Assembly: GCA_965208675.1 (NCBI GenBank)
Contig: OZ242351.1
Coordinates: 4,128,001-4,192,000 of the forward strand
Length of the DNA stretch: 64,000 nt
Source of the DNA: Candidatus Poribacteria bacterium
GTDB taxonomy: Bacteria; Poribacteria; WGA-4E; PCPOR2b
Direction: 5' to 3'
Shown here one piece after another: positions 49,425-60,421 of the stretch. The translations under genes were made by a program, and so were the position numbers. Each line of letters opens with the position of its first letter. Position 1 is the first letter of the stretch. A model generated the notes under the pieces. The model worked only from the letters and a program-made list of their open reading frames with translations, did not search any database and was not told the origin of the DNA.

Positions 49425-50684
49425 TTGAGCGGCATTATTTCCAACCTTGCTCTGGTGATTTGTCCAGGTTCGCGACAGCACATTCATTTAGAAAGTCGGC
49501 ATTTGGAGAAAAATGTGAAGGTGAATCCACAACAATTAATGGACGACGGGTATATCGTTATTCGCGAGTGTGTTCCGCGGGATCGCTTGGATTCGCTACG
49601 CGAAAATTATGAGACGCTAGTGAAACGCCAGGGCGGTGAATCTTGGTTAGCTGCGAGTGCTCAACCGCGGCTTGAGGCGAATCGCTTAGTTGATAAAACT
49701 ACTGCGGATACAGTTGAAATCTGGTTGCACGAAAACACCTTGGGTGTCAGTCAACAATTGCTGTGCCATCCGGAAGCGGGAGTCTCAAGAATGTGGATGA
49801 TGTGCAGCCCCACCCACGACCACGGACCTTCTAATTGGCATCGGGATGTCCACCCCATTGATATGGCGCCGCTGCGCGCACTTCAGATGGACATGGTAGA
49901 GAATATGCCCAGGTATCTTCAGTGGAACATCCCCCTCTACGACGATGACGTTTTTTGGGTGGTGCCCGGCAGTCACCGCCGCCTCAATACGGACGCTGAA
50001 AACCAGCAGTTACTTGATAATCCACGTGTCCCTTTACCGGATAGCATACCTGTGGACCTCAAAGCGGGCGATGGGGTTGTGTACAGCAACTTTCTGCTGC
50101 ACTGGGGCAGCAACTATAGTACGAAACTGCGGCGTACACTGCATGGGGGGCATTCAATTTTCATGTACTATCAAGATTTGGGATTTACGGAGTCGCTTTC
50201 GCCCGTCGCGCGGGAAGCGTTTGAAGGTTGGGGGCGGAGAAGCGCAACACTACAGAACTTGACGGAATCTGCGCTTCGTGCCATTATCGACAGAGATGCG
50301 GGCGCATACGTTGAAGCGCTCGAAGGAATTCAGCCGGGTGCCGGGGAAATGGGTAAGCTAGTATTGACAATATATCTCTGCAAAGCAGCGTATCACATTC
50401 ATATCTTGAAACGTCCGGACTTTGATAGTCTGCCCGATGAAGTTCGTAGACGTGCGGGAGAGGAACACATGATTACCCTCAACTGGGGACCAGAATTCAG
50501 CAATCGATTCTCGCAAGTCGAGTCTGATGCGCTTTGGACGCGGTTCGAGACTTTGGACGGAAAACTCCAGGCGGACCAGGAGTGCTTCGTACCGGGTTTT
50601 CAGTCAGGGCCAATGCGCTACTTTTTCGAAGAAATGCCGTCTAATTTCGGTTTAGAGGAGTTTATTGGTAGTTGGGGCGCCTAG
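49425..50684 (+). CDS. PhyH-family dioxygenase with C-terminal extension
   Basis: DDGYIVIR, WHRD, QWNIPL, VVPGSH, LKAGDGV...LHWG. The real start is probably ~30 codons downstream. Confidence 0.8.
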   Translation: MSGIISNLALVICPGSRQHIHLESRHLEKNVKVNPQQLMDDGYIVIRECVPRDRLDSLRENYETLVKRQGGESWLAASAQPRLEANRLVDKTTADTVEIWLHENTLGVSQQLLCHPEAGVSRMWMMCSPTHDHGPSNWHRDVHPIDMAPLRALQMDMVENMPRYLQWNIPLYDDDVFWVVPGSHRRLNTDAENQQLLDNPRVPLPDSIPVDLKAGDGVVYSNFLLHWGSNYSTKLRRTLHGGHSIFMYYQDLGFTESLSPVAREAFEGWGRRSATLQNLTESALRAIIDRDAGAYVEALEGIQPGAGEMGKLVLTIYLCKAAYHIHILKRPDFDSLPDEVRRRAGEEHMITLNWGPEFSNRFSQVESDALWTRFETLDGKLQADQECFVPGFQSGPMRYFFEEMPSNFGLEEFIGSWGA

Positions 50685-50735
50685 TAGAGGTATGGGGAAT
50701 ACACCGAACAGTTTACCAAAGAAGGAGCTCTGGAA

Positions 50736-51881
50736 TTGAAAATCGTCAAGGTTGAACATTTTTTCCCGCGCCAGCGGGCGCGTCTAGTTAAAATCACGAC
50801 CGATAACGGCATAGTGGGATGGGGCGAAGCGACACTTGAAGGCAAACCCAAGAGCACCAGGGCAGCTGTTGAAGAACTGGCGGACTATCTAATCGGTAAA
50901 GATCCGCTGCGGATTGAGCAACATTGGCAATATATCTACCGGGGTGCGTTCTATCGAGGCGGGAGCGTGCTGATGAGCGCCTTGTCCGGTATCGATCAGG
51001 CATTATGGGACATCGCCGGGAAACACTACGGCGTGCCGGCCTACAAGTTGTTGGGCGACGCCGTGCGAGACCGCGTCCGGGTCTACGCCCACTGGGGCAT
51101 TGGCAGTATGACCGACGAAGGCAAAGCTCAGGCGCGAGACCGTCTCGAAGCGCTACAGAAGCAGGGTGGCTACAGCGTTTTCAAATCAGGTCCGGGCGGC
51201 AAGTGGCGGGGCCATGAACCGCCGGCAATGATTGACGCATTCGTCGAGCGGGCATATTTGATGCGAGAGTGGGTTGGGCCTGACGTAGAACTCGCCTTTG
51301 ATTTCCACGGCATGATGACCCCCGCACTTGCAATTGAGATTTGTCACGAATTAAAAGGCATGCGCCCGATGTTCGTGGAGGAGCCGGTACCCCAAGAGAA
51401 CATTGATGCGCTGAAGCTAGTATCGGACCGTGTCACCTTTCCGATTGCTACGGGCGAGCGCTTATTGTCGCGGTGGGAATTTCGGGAAATCTTTGAGAAA
51501 CAAGCGGTGGCTTATATCCAACCGGATGCCTCCCATGCCGGCGGCATCACGGAACTCAAAAAGATTGCCAACATGGCAGAAATCTATTATATGCACATCG
51601 CACCCCACTGTGCGATTGGACCGGTGGCGTTTTCCGCGTCGTTGCACGTTGATGCAGTAGTGCCCAACTTTTTGATTCAAGAACAGACAGATTGGGTTAT
51701 GGGCTCCGGCCTCTTGAAAGAAGATTGGCGAGTTAAAGATGGTTTCGTCGAGTTGCCAACGAATCCCGGCCTTGGCATTGAGATTGACGAAAAAGCGGCT
51801 GAACAGAATCTCGACACATACGCGGAAGAGTTGGGCGGCGAATTTTATCATGAGTCCGATGGTAGTTTGGTGGATTGGTAG
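50736..51881 (+). CDS. dgoD: Galactonate dehydratase-like enolase-superfamily enzyme
   Basis: TDNGIVGWGE, FYRGG..LMSALSGIDQALWDI, DFHG, EEP, ATGERL, QPD, APHC. Confidence 0.75.
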   Translation: MKIVKVEHFFPRQRARLVKITTDNGIVGWGEATLEGKPKSTRAAVEELADYLIGKDPLRIEQHWQYIYRGAFYRGGSVLMSALSGIDQALWDIAGKHYGVPAYKLLGDAVRDRVRVYAHWGIGSMTDEGKAQARDRLEALQKQGGYSVFKSGPGGKWRGHEPPAMIDAFVERAYLMREWVGPDVELAFDFHGMMTPALAIEICHELKGMRPMFVEEPVPQENIDALKLVSDRVTFPIATGERLLSRWEFREIFEKQAVAYIQPDASHAGGITELKKIANMAEIYYMHIAPHCAIGPVAFSASLHVDAVVPNFLIQEQTDWVMGSGLLKEDWRVKDGFVELPTNPGLGIEIDEKAAEQNLDTYAEELGGEFYHESDGSLVDW

Positions 51882-51970
51882 CGGGATGGGCATAGTACAT
51901 ATTGTGGAGAAAGACATTGCCGAGACTACTGTCTCAGTTGTTTTAGGATTCGGGAGAATGGAAGGCTTCA

Positions 51971-52282
51971 ATGAACAGACTACTTGACCTCCAAAAACGA
52001 ATTGCTGACGAACGCAAGAAACGTGGATTTGTTACGGATCCTGTCAAGCTGGGGGTGCTTTTGACTGAGGAGATTGGGGAAATTGCTTCGGAACTCAAAC
52101 GGCATTGGTCTAAGAATTACGACGGAATTCGCACCGACCGGCTTAAAGAGGAGATCGCCGACGCCTTTGTAATACTTGCGGCTTTAGCAAATCAATTTGA
52201 TATAGACATTGAGGAGGCGGTGGAGAACAAGTTTTTCGACAAAGATGGCCAGAGAGATTGGAAGTCTGCGCAAACTCACTGA
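51971..52282 (+). CDS. MazG-like nucleotide pyrophosphohydrolase
   Basis: LLTEEIGEIA...EEIADAF...LANQFDIDIE. Confidence 0.85.
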   Translation: MNRLLDLQKRIADERKKRGFVTDPVKLGVLLTEEIGEIASELKRHWSKNYDGIRTDRLKEEIADAFVILAALANQFDIDIEEAVENKFFDKDGQRDWKSAQTH

Positions 52283-52409
52283 GATAAAAATGGAAAACAG
52301 AATCGCATTCAACTTAATCGGAAGGTTTGCCATCATCAACTTAGGATTTACTGTACCTCAAATCTCTACTTTGGCGGGCGAATTCGTACAAAAACCATAG
52401 GGCATTTAA

Positions 52410-53036
52410 GTGGATATCGCTGTAAAAAAAGTCACTGCATTTGTCACACGGGAACGCAGTGGAGCGAAGGAGTTGCTCGTGTTTAAGCATCCGTCGGCGG
52501 GCATCCAAATCGCTGCTGGAACTGTAGAAGACGGTGAAAGTTTGGAAACTGGTGTAATGCGAGAAGTCTATGAGGAAACCGGTCTGAAGCTAGTCAGGAT
52601 TGAGAAATTTCTCGGTTATATTGGGAACGAGTTGGGAGAAAATGAGAGAGTCGTTTCGAAAACAACCCAAGTTTATAACAAGCCGCGTTTAAACTCGTCC
52701 GTCTGCAAAGAAGAATTGGCTAGAGGGTTAACCGTAAATTACAACGCCACGCACGGTGATTTTACACACATTTCATACATTGAATACGATAGGATTCCCA
52801 ATCCGACATGCGTCCACTACGAGATAACAGGATGGGTTCCGAGTAGAAACCTAAGTCTGCAAAAAGCGAGACATTTTTTCCAGCTTACTACACAGGAAGA
52901 AACAGCAGATGGATGGGAAGTGAAAAGCGATAGAGACCATATTTTCAAGGTGTACTGGACACCGCTGTCGCCGAAGCCGCGGATTGTGCCGCCGCAGGAC
53001 AAGTGGTTGGATTTCGTTTACGAGCAGATACAGTAA
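52410..53036 (+). CDS. NUDIX hydrolase with internal insertion
   Basis: AGTVEDGESLETGVMREVYEETG Nudix box; RHFF...WE...F..YW C-terminal part. Confidence 0.8.
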   Translation: MDIAVKKVTAFVTRERSGAKELLVFKHPSAGIQIAAGTVEDGESLETGVMREVYEETGLKLVRIEKFLGYIGNELGENERVVSKTTQVYNKPRLNSSVCKEELARGLTVNYNATHGDFTHISYIEYDRIPNPTCVHYEITGWVPSRNLSLQKARHFFQLTTQEETADGWEVKSDRDHIFKVYWTPLSPKPRIVPPQDKWLDFVYEQIQ

Positions 53037-53143
53037 GTTGGTAATAGCTTCTTCGCAGCGTTAGATTCTAAGCAAACCCACGGTTGTTGGTTTGGAACCT
53101 ACCCAATATTGAAGTGATACTAATTCCCAAGGAGAGAACAGGT

Positions 53144-54880
53144 ATGCCGTTTACGACTCGCCCCGTATTGACGGGTACACACGGCGTGGTGACGGCGGGG
53201 CACTATCTGGCGGCGGCAGCGGGATTCCGTATGCTTGAGAAGGGAGGCAACGCGATTGACGCAGGGGTTGCTGCGGGTTTTGCGGTTAACGTGCTTGAAC
53301 CGCAGTCAAACGGAATAGGCGGAGAAGCCCCTATATTAATCTATTCGTCCCGCCAAAAACGGGTCTACGCAATCAACGGACAAGGATACGCCCCAAAAGC
53401 TGCGACTATTGATTGGTTCAAATCCAAAGGGATAAGTTTAATTCCGGGCGATGGATTATTGTCAGCGACAGTCCCCGGTGCGTTTGGTGCGTGGTTGACG
53501 GCCTTGCAGCATTTTGGAAACCTCGGTCTAAAAGACGTGTTGACGCCAGCGATTGAATTGACCGAGGAAGGGTTCCCGATGTATTCTGAGCTCCAAAATG
53601 CCATCGGCAATCTTGCAGATAAATTTCAGCATGAGTGGCCCGGCTCCGCTAGGGTCTATCTACCCCACGATCGTCCACCAATGGTTGGCGAAATCTTCCG
53701 CAATGTGGACTGGGCGAACACGTTCAAGGCTGCAATTGATGTCGAGATAAGAAATCGGCATCTCGGACGCGAAATGGCAATTGAGGCTGCGCGCGATTAC
53801 TTTTACAACGGAGAAATTGCCGAACGAATTGTCGAATTTACACAGCGTACGAAGATTCGCGATGTTAGCGGTCAAGAAAATTATGGATTGCTCGCGCCGG
53901 ATGACTTCCACATGTATCAGACAAAAGTCGAAACTCCGGTAACATTGAGCTATCGCGGTTACGATGTATTCAAGTGTGACACGTGGTGCCAAGGTGCGGT
54001 GTTTTTGCAGCAGTTGTCGTTGCTTGAAGGATTTGACCTTTCATCAATGGGGCACAATTCGCCCGACTACATCCACACCGTGGTTGAATCTGCGAAACTA
54101 GCCTTCGCCGACCGGGAGAAATATTACGGCGACCCCGATTTTGTGGCGGTCCCGCTGAATCGATTACTCTCGAAAGCGTATGCTGCTGAACGGCGCGGGC
54201 TCATCCGAGCGGGACAAGCGTCAATGGACCTTCGCGCCGGAGATTCGCCGCCGATTGAATTGGAACCTGGGGAATCACATCCGGATGTCTATACGGGTGA
54301 TACGACCCATCTGGACGCGATCGACTGTGAGGGCAATATGATCGCTGCGACCCCGAGCGGTGGTTGGATTCCGTCCTCTCCAGTTATAGATGGGTTGGGT
54401 TTTCCACTAGGAACACGCGGGCAGATGTTCTATCTGGATGCCAACCATGCGAATGCACTTGCACCGCGCAAAAGACCGCGCACGACACTGACGCCCTCTC
54501 TGACAATGAAAGACGGCGCGCCGTTTATGGTTTTCGGGACACCGGGCGGAGATTGCCAGGATCAGTGGACATTGCAGTTTTTCCTCAACTTCGTCGATTT
54601 TGGCATGAATCTACAAGAAGCCATTGATGCGCCGAATTTTCACACGCGCCATTTCCCCAATTCTTTTTATCCGCACAACGCCGAGCCCGGCAGCGTAGTG
54701 CTTGAGGGGCGTATTCCTGAACCGGTAAGGGTCGCACTTGCAGACCGTGGACATCAAATTACGGTTGCGGGAGATTGGAGCCACGGTAAAGTGCTCGGGA
54801 TTACCTTTGATTCAAGGACCGGCGTGATTTCCGCGGGTGCATCACCCCGTGCTCAGATAGCTTATGCGATGGGGCGGTGA
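53144..54880 (+). CDS. ggt: Gamma-glutamyltransferase family protein
   Basis: GGNAIDA, EPQSNGIGG, TTHL nucleophile, PRTTLTP, FGTPGG. Start set at ATG 53144 after AGGAG. Confidence 0.88.
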   Translation: MPFTTRPVLTGTHGVVTAGHYLAAAAGFRMLEKGGNAIDAGVAAGFAVNVLEPQSNGIGGEAPILIYSSRQKRVYAINGQGYAPKAATIDWFKSKGISLIPGDGLLSATVPGAFGAWLTALQHFGNLGLKDVLTPAIELTEEGFPMYSELQNAIGNLADKFQHEWPGSARVYLPHDRPPMVGEIFRNVDWANTFKAAIDVEIRNRHLGREMAIEAARDYFYNGEIAERIVEFTQRTKIRDVSGQENYGLLAPDDFHMYQTKVETPVTLSYRGYDVFKCDTWCQGAVFLQQLSLLEGFDLSSMGHNSPDYIHTVVESAKLAFADREKYYGDPDFVAVPLNRLLSKAYAAERRGLIRAGQASMDLRAGDSPPIELEPGESHPDVYTGDTTHLDAIDCEGNMIAATPSGGWIPSSPVIDGLGFPLGTRGQMFYLDANHANALAPRKRPRTTLTPSLTMKDGAPFMVFGTPGGDCQDQWTLQFFLNFVDFGMNLQEAIDAPNFHTRHFPNSFYPHNAEPGSVVLEGRIPEPVRVALADRGHQITVAGDWSHGKVLGITFDSRTGVISAGASPRAQIAYAMGR

Positions 54881-54987
54881 TTGGGAAACGGCTTTCTGGT
54901 TACAATAATTGTTGGATATTGGTTTTGACGCACTGAACAATAGCTGTTGGTATTGTTGCTTAATTTGAAATCCATAGTGGATCATAA

Positions 54988-56475
54988 TTGGAGGTCATAA
55001 AGATGTGTTTTAGTCATGAAAACCGCAAATTCAGACGAGCACAAGAAATTTTGGTTCTAATTTCTGTCGTCTTTTGGTTAGTAACAACCCTTAACTCAGA
55101 GAGTTTAGCGGCGTACGATTGGACAGATCAGATTGCCGCCTTCAAGCCGATGGTCGTGAATGTGGAAACCTCTTCAGAAGTTGTATTTGAAGCGGAATCG
55201 AAGGGTACAAACTTCGCCACAGGTTTCATCGTTGATGCGGCGCGAGGCATAATCGCCACTAACCGGCATGTCACCGGCAGCAGCCCATCTTACGTGAAGA
55301 TTAATTTTTTCGACGGCAGTTTTACAGAGGCGGAGATACTCTACTATGATCCGACCCACGATTTCGGTTTTTACCGAATCAATTCTGAAGAGGTACAGTT
55401 TGAGCTGCAAGCCGTGAAAACAAACTCGTGGCGCAGCCTGTCTTTGGGCGATGAATTGCTATTGATTGGCAACAACGAGAAGGAAGAATATTCAATCAAG
55501 TTTGGAAGAGTTGCAAATCTTAACGTCAACAAAGGCGATCGGCACTCCAGCTACATCCACGCGACGTTTGACCGAACGGGCGGAGCTAGCGGGAGTCCAG
55601 TCTGGAACACCAAAGGTGAGGTCATTGCCATCCATGCGCGCGGGACAGACACTTCAAGTTTTGAGCTGCCGATCGACTATTTGACGGATGCCCTAACGAA
55701 AATCCAGAATCAGATTCCGATCCAACGCGGGGAAATCGGGGTGGATTTGGAACTTATCTCCATTGGTGAGGCGATTAAGCATTTCAGACTCCCGGAGTCT
55801 TCGCGTGATGAAATTGGACCATCAGAGACTGGGACACCTAAAGTTATTCAGGTTGAATCAATTATTCCGCGGACAACCGGAGAGATGCATCTACGGGCGT
55901 CGGACATTGTCTATCGAATCAATGGAAAACTCATCCGCGACGAGCTATATACATTCGACGCCATTTTAAATGAAAGTGTGGGAAAGAATGTGATGCTGGA
56001 CATCTATCGTAACGGGGAGGCAATGTCGGTTGAGATGCCGGTAGAAGACCTCGAGTCGAAAAAAATTCGCCGGTTTGTCCGCTTCGCAGGTTCAATAGTT
56101 CACGACATTACACCTAGCTTGAGACGGATGCTCTACTTTGAGGCCGACGGCGTTTACTTGACCCATGCGGTTGCCGGCAGCAGTCTTTCGCGCATCGGAC
56201 TGCGCGAGCGCAATGGGAATTCGAAAGTGGTGATTTTGGAAATCAACGGGCGGCCAATTCGAGATTTGGACGATTTTATAGACGCTTGCAAGGAGATTTC
56301 GGATGGGCAACACACGTACATGGTCATCCGTGATTTTAATCTGTTTGACAGCTCACCGACTCCCAAAAGTGTGACCGTAAATCTGAAATTCGGTCCGCTA
56401 CAGGTGTTCTTATGGAATGAGCAAATGCTTGACTGGCAAGAGGCGGGAATTGAAGACGAAACAGCGTCGAAATGA
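54988..56475 (+). CDS. Trypsin-like serine protease with PDZ domains (Nma111/Deg7-like)
   Basis: ATGFIVD..RGIIATNRHV (His), DPTHDFGF (Asp), GGASGSPV (Ser), two PDZ-like regions, N-terminal signal peptide. Confidence 0.85.
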   Translation: MEVIKMCFSHENRKFRRAQEILVLISVVFWLVTTLNSESLAAYDWTDQIAAFKPMVVNVETSSEVVFEAESKGTNFATGFIVDAARGIIATNRHVTGSSPSYVKINFFDGSFTEAEILYYDPTHDFGFYRINSEEVQFELQAVKTNSWRSLSLGDELLLIGNNEKEEYSIKFGRVANLNVNKGDRHSSYIHATFDRTGGASGSPVWNTKGEVIAIHARGTDTSSFELPIDYLTDALTKIQNQIPIQRGEIGVDLELISIGEAIKHFRLPESSRDEIGPSETGTPKVIQVESIIPRTTGEMHLRASDIVYRINGKLIRDELYTFDAILNESVGKNVMLDIYRNGEAMSVEMPVEDLESKKIRRFVRFAGSIVHDITPSLRRMLYFEADGVYLTHAVAGSSLSRIGLRERNGNSKVVILEINGRPIRDLDDFIDACKEISDGQHTYMVIRDFNLFDSSPTPKSVTVNLKFGPLQVFLWNEQMLDWQEAGIEDETASK

Positions 56476-56487
56476 GCGTCATTCGAG

Positions 56488-57234
56488 TCACTGGATTTTC
56501 AACGATGCGGCGTTTGATTCGAGTTCTGCCGTGCCCCTGAGAGAATTCATGGGCAGGAAAATTTGGTCAAGTTTGCCCTCCATTTTACTTCGCATGAATT
56601 CAATCTCTTCCCGCAACTGAGCGACAGCCTGCTGTTTTTCGGAGGCGGGCAGTTTGGGTGAGTTTTGTATGGCTGCGATTTCACGTTCATACTCAATGAT
56701 TTGCGGCGACTGATCTTGCAGAGATTCTCGATAGACTTTCAGAATCATCCTTACCTGTACCGTATAATCGCCCCGATCCAGTTTGTAATGGGTATTCAGA
56801 TTCTCCAATACAGCGTTTCGTACTGTACCCGCCTTCAAATCCGCACCTCGAATGCAACTGACATGGCTACCCTCCCGCATCAAGGTTTTTGGTTTATCAT
56901 CCAAGGCAATTGAACGCTTAGGTTTAACAATTTCACCCATCGCATTTTTTACGACCAAGTTTGTGAATACGCTTTCCCCTTCAACGGCAGCATAAGGCAC
57001 AAGCAAATCGAATTTCCCCACATGAATTTGCAGCTCAAGAGGGATAGTTTCATCGACGGAATAAATGGGTTTCGATGACGATAAGTTGAGTTCCAAAATT
57101 GTTGGCGGATTGTCCGCCGAAGTGGTTTGAATCTGCACCGGCGTTTCGGACGACCCACCCAAACAACCGATAACAGAGACGCTACAAATGACAAGAAAAA
57201 CATAGTGTACATTAGGTTGAGGTTGAAGTTTCAT
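56488..57234 (-). CDS. Hypothetical lipoprotein
   Basis: VIGC lipobox-like motif, beta-rich domain, coiled-coil insert; AAGGAG RBS. Confidence 0.6.
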   Translation of the reverse strand: MKLQPQPNVHYVFLVICSVSVIGCLGGSSETPVQIQTTSADNPPTILELNLSSSKPIYSVDETIPLELQIHVGKFDLLVPYAAVEGESVFTNLVVKNAMGEIVKPKRSIALDDKPKTLMREGSHVSCIRGADLKAGTVRNAVLENLNTHYKLDRGDYTVQVRMILKVYRESLQDQSPQIIEYEREIAAIQNSPKLPASEKQQAVAQLREEIEFMRSKMEGKLDQIFLPMNSLRGTAELESNAASLKIQ

Positions 57235-57297
57235 TGAGCTCTCCTTGTTTAAACCTGCATTCGCGCGGAAGTTCTACTGTTACCTTATTCCATACCT

Positions 57298-58740
57298 TTA
57301 GATAACAAACATTTGCATGAATTCGTTAACTGTTGCAGCTTCCAACCGTTTCTGGTCTAAACAGAGATTTGCGATAACTTCCACCCGCTTTGCAGGGAAA
57401 CGGGACGCTAGGTTGGCGATGAATTTTTCCTCCAACAGTGGAATGCCTTCGTTTCGCCTCCGCCGGTGTCCTATTGGATATTCGATGGCGGCCTTTTCAG
57501 TCGTAGAGCCATCCACGAAGCGGATTTGAAGGGCATTTGCGATGGAGCGTTTCTGGGGATCGAGGTAGTCTTTGCTGTATGCGGGCGATTCCTCCACGAC
57601 CATCTTTTCCCGTAAGATGTCGATGAGGGGTTCGCGCGCGATTTTATCTTCGTAGTGGTCGGCGGTCAACTCTCCGTAGATAAGCCCAACCGCTACCATA
57701 TATTGTAGGCAGTGATCTCGATCCGCGGGATTGTTTAACGGGCCGGTTTTGTCGATTATACGAATCGCGGATTCGTGGGTCGTAATTGTAATTGTCTCGA
57801 TTTCGTCCAGCCGATCATTTACTTTACTATTCAGCTTAAACGCGCATTCGACGGCTGTCTGGGCGTGAAATTCTGCCGGGAATGAAATTTTGAACAGGAT
57901 ATTTTCCATTACATACGTCCCATAAGGACGATTACGGATAAAAGACTGTCCGTTGAAGAGTACGTCGTAAAACCCCCACTTCGGCACAGACATCGCCGAA
58001 TTATACCCCATTTCGCCTTTCATGGCGGTCAGGGCGAGCCACACCGCGCGGCTTGCCGCGTCCCCCGCTGCCCAAGATTTTCGCGATCCGGTGTTGGGCG
58101 CATGGCGGTAGACCCGCAAATTTCCGCCGTCGATAAAGGCGTTGGACACCGCATTGATGATTTCGTCGGTACCTCCGCCTAGCATCTTTGTGACGACCGC
58201 AGTCGAGGCAATTTTAACGAACAGTACGTGGTCTAATCCGACACGGTTCAAGCTGTTTTCCAGTGCAAGTACACCCTGAATCTCGTAGGCTTTAATCATA
58301 AACGTTAGCACGTCGCGCATCACTAGGGGCGGCCGGCCTTCAGCCACGTTTCTGCGGCTGAGAAAGTCCGCGGTTGCCAAGATGCTGCCTAGATTATCCG
58401 AGGGATGTCCCCACTCCGCCGCGAGCCATGTGTCGTTGTAATCCAGCCATCGAATTAGGGAGCCGATATTGAACGCGGCCTGCACCGGATCCAGCTCAAA
58501 CTGTTGCCCCGGAACGCGGGCGCCGTTCGAAACGTGTGTGCCGGAAATTACCGGTCCCAGGTGTTTCGTGCATTCGGGATAGCGCAGGGCTAGCAAGCCG
58601 CATCCGAGTGAATCAATGAGACAGTGCCGGGCGGTTTCGAAGGCGAGTTGGCTTTCAATTGAGTAGCCCGTTACATACTCTGCGATATCGACGGGTATCG
58701 GGTCGGGTTCAGGGCGGTTTTTGCAAGATGAGGCAGTCAC
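57298..58740 (-). CDS. prpD: 2-methylcitrate dehydratase
   Basis: [59 protein letters not shown]. Confidence 0.95.
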   Translation of the reverse strand: MTASSCKNRPEPDPIPVDIAEYVTGYSIESQLAFETARHCLIDSLGCGLLALRYPECTKHLGPVISGTHVSNGARVPGQQFELDPVQAAFNIGSLIRWLDYNDTWLAAEWGHPSDNLGSILATADFLSRRNVAEGRPPLVMRDVLTFMIKAYEIQGVLALENSLNRVGLDHVLFVKIASTAVVTKMLGGGTDEIINAVSNAFIDGGNLRVYRHAPNTGSRKSWAAGDAASRAVWLALTAMKGEMGYNSAMSVPKWGFYDVLFNGQSFIRNRPYGTYVMENILFKISFPAEFHAQTAVECAFKLNSKVNDRLDEIETITITTHESAIRIIDKTGPLNNPADRDHCLQYMVAVGLIYGELTADHYEDKIAREPLIDILREKMVVEESPAYSKDYLDPQKRSIANALQIRFVDGSTTEKAAIEYPIGHRRRRNEGIPLLEEKFIANLASRFPAKRVEVIANLCLDQKRLEAATVNEFMQMFVI

Positions 58741-59115
58741 AAAACTATTCCCTTTCTGTTTTGGAACATGAAACTTTACGGGATTTATCTTAATATCCAG
58801 ATTCTATATGATTATACCAAAAATCAATGCGCTGGCAATCCAAAAATTACTAAAACTATGTTAGTCACGGAGAAGGTTTACACATTGCTCAGGTATTTAC
58901 AATTAGCGCATGGAAATGCGAGCCGGCGGGTATGGATAATACGGAATTTACTAAAGGGAGTGGAAATGGCAGGTGCCGCTTGGTGTACTAGAAGAGGAAA
59001 CAACGCTGTATTTGAAATTTTTAATAGAGATGGAGGGCAGCTTATCTGAAGGATTGTCCGTCAAAATCGGATATTGGGAGGTACATCGTTGCTACATAGC
59101 ACAAGCGTGCGGCAA

Positions 59116-60408
59116 TTATTCATCCAAAATATAATTTTTCGGGTTCTTCCAACTTTTCTTTTTCGCATGATAGACACCGTAGTGCAAATGCGGACCCGTA
59201 CTTACGCCAGTGTTTCCAACGTAGCCAATGATATCTCCGCGTTTTACAACCTTTCCACGGCGAATTCCCTTTGCAGACTTGTTCAGGTGTCCATACACGG
59301 TTTCCATCTGGCTAGCCTTGTGATCTATCCGAATCACCCTTCCGAGATACCGATCCCGGGTGACCCTTGCTACGACGCCATCAGCAGCCGCCAGCACAGG
59401 TGTGCCTCTACGCGCCCGAATATCCAGTCCTCGATGAAACTGTCGTTTTTTCGTAATCGGGTGGTTACGCCATCCGAATAGCGATGAAAACCAATACGGC
59501 TTCACCTCGTTTCCTTCAGGGTAAATGCTAAGTTTGCCTTTTGCCTTATAGACTGCGTAGGTACGGTTTTTTGCTTTATCAGCTATCCACCAATGGCTAT
59601 TTTCCTTTTCAGTCGAAATTGATACGTCTTGGGAAAGTGCGATTCCATTAGATTTAAACGCCCGACGTAACTTGTCTGAGATATTTTCACCGCTCGGATC
59701 GGTAGGGTTTTCCAAATTGACGGCAAACAGTAATTGGTCGCGCACTTCAATTGGCAAAATTGAGGGCATCTCATTGACGGCTTGGACAGCGTTTGCAACA
59801 TGATCGTAAATTGGTTGAATTTCGTTTTTCAAGCGGAGAATTTGAGTGAGTCTAGAATCGCTTGCGGGGGTATCGTCCGAAAAGCCGGCTTCAATTTCTA
59901 TGCTATGTGCGCCATGGGGTTGTGTTTGAAGTATAGATTCCTGTTCAATATCGTCAAGTATTTCTGCGTCAAATCCAGCGCCACCTTGTCCGAGAATACC
60001 TTTCTCTGTGCTAATCCCTAAAACATGCCGTACTTCATCAGCCATGTTCCGAATCTGCTGCATCTCGTTGTCTAGCGTATTGCGCCAACTCTGTTGTTCA
60101 GTGTTGAGCCGTTCGTTTTCCGAATTTGCAGATTGCAATTTACTATGGATAGCGTGTACCTTGCCCTTTGAATAAATGCCATAGAAAACTCCTCCTAAAG
60201 CGCCAACCAATACAATAAAAGACAGAATTATCAACTTCCGGCAAATATGACGTTCAATTGCAAATTGGCGTATTGGCCCGTTGTCGGATGACATGACAAC
60301 TATGGTATACATATCCTTCACGAATTTTCCCCCCCTAATATTACGGTCGCGCAACCTAGATTTTGATGAGGACGAGTTTTGAGGCAATTTTGGAATGTTA
60401 CGATGCAT
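59116..60408 (-). CDS. M23 family metallopeptidase with TM helix and coiled coil
   Basis: FGWRNHP...FHRGLDI, YGHL, TGVSTGPHLHY; N-terminal TM helix and coiled coil. Start uncertain. Confidence 0.9.
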   Translation of the reverse strand: MHRNIPKLPQNSSSSKSRLRDRNIRGGKFVKDMYTIVVMSSDNGPIRQFAIERHICRKLIILSFIVLVGALGGVFYGIYSKGKVHAIHSKLQSANSENERLNTEQQSWRNTLDNEMQQIRNMADEVRHVLGISTEKGILGQGGAGFDAEILDDIEQESILQTQPHGAHSIEIEAGFSDDTPASDSRLTQILRLKNEIQPIYDHVANAVQAVNEMPSILPIEVRDQLLFAVNLENPTDPSGENISDKLRRAFKSNGIALSQDVSISTEKENSHWWIADKAKNRTYAVYKAKGKLSIYPEGNEVKPYWFSSLFGWRNHPITKKRQFHRGLDIRARRGTPVLAAADGVVARVTRDRYLGRVIRIDHKASQMETVYGHLNKSAKGIRRGKVVKRGDIIGYVGNTGVSTGPHLHYGVYHAKKKSWKNPKNYILDE

Positions 60409-60421
60409 GTTACAATGCGGT

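Noticed and set aside
49380-49460. GC-rich leader before the PhyH gene as a riboswitch
   Set aside because: No conserved riboswitch core motifs could be identified.
58768-59481. + strand ORFs between prpD and the M23 gene
   Set aside because: No motifs. One is antisense to the M23 gene and the other is AT-rich intergenic sequence.
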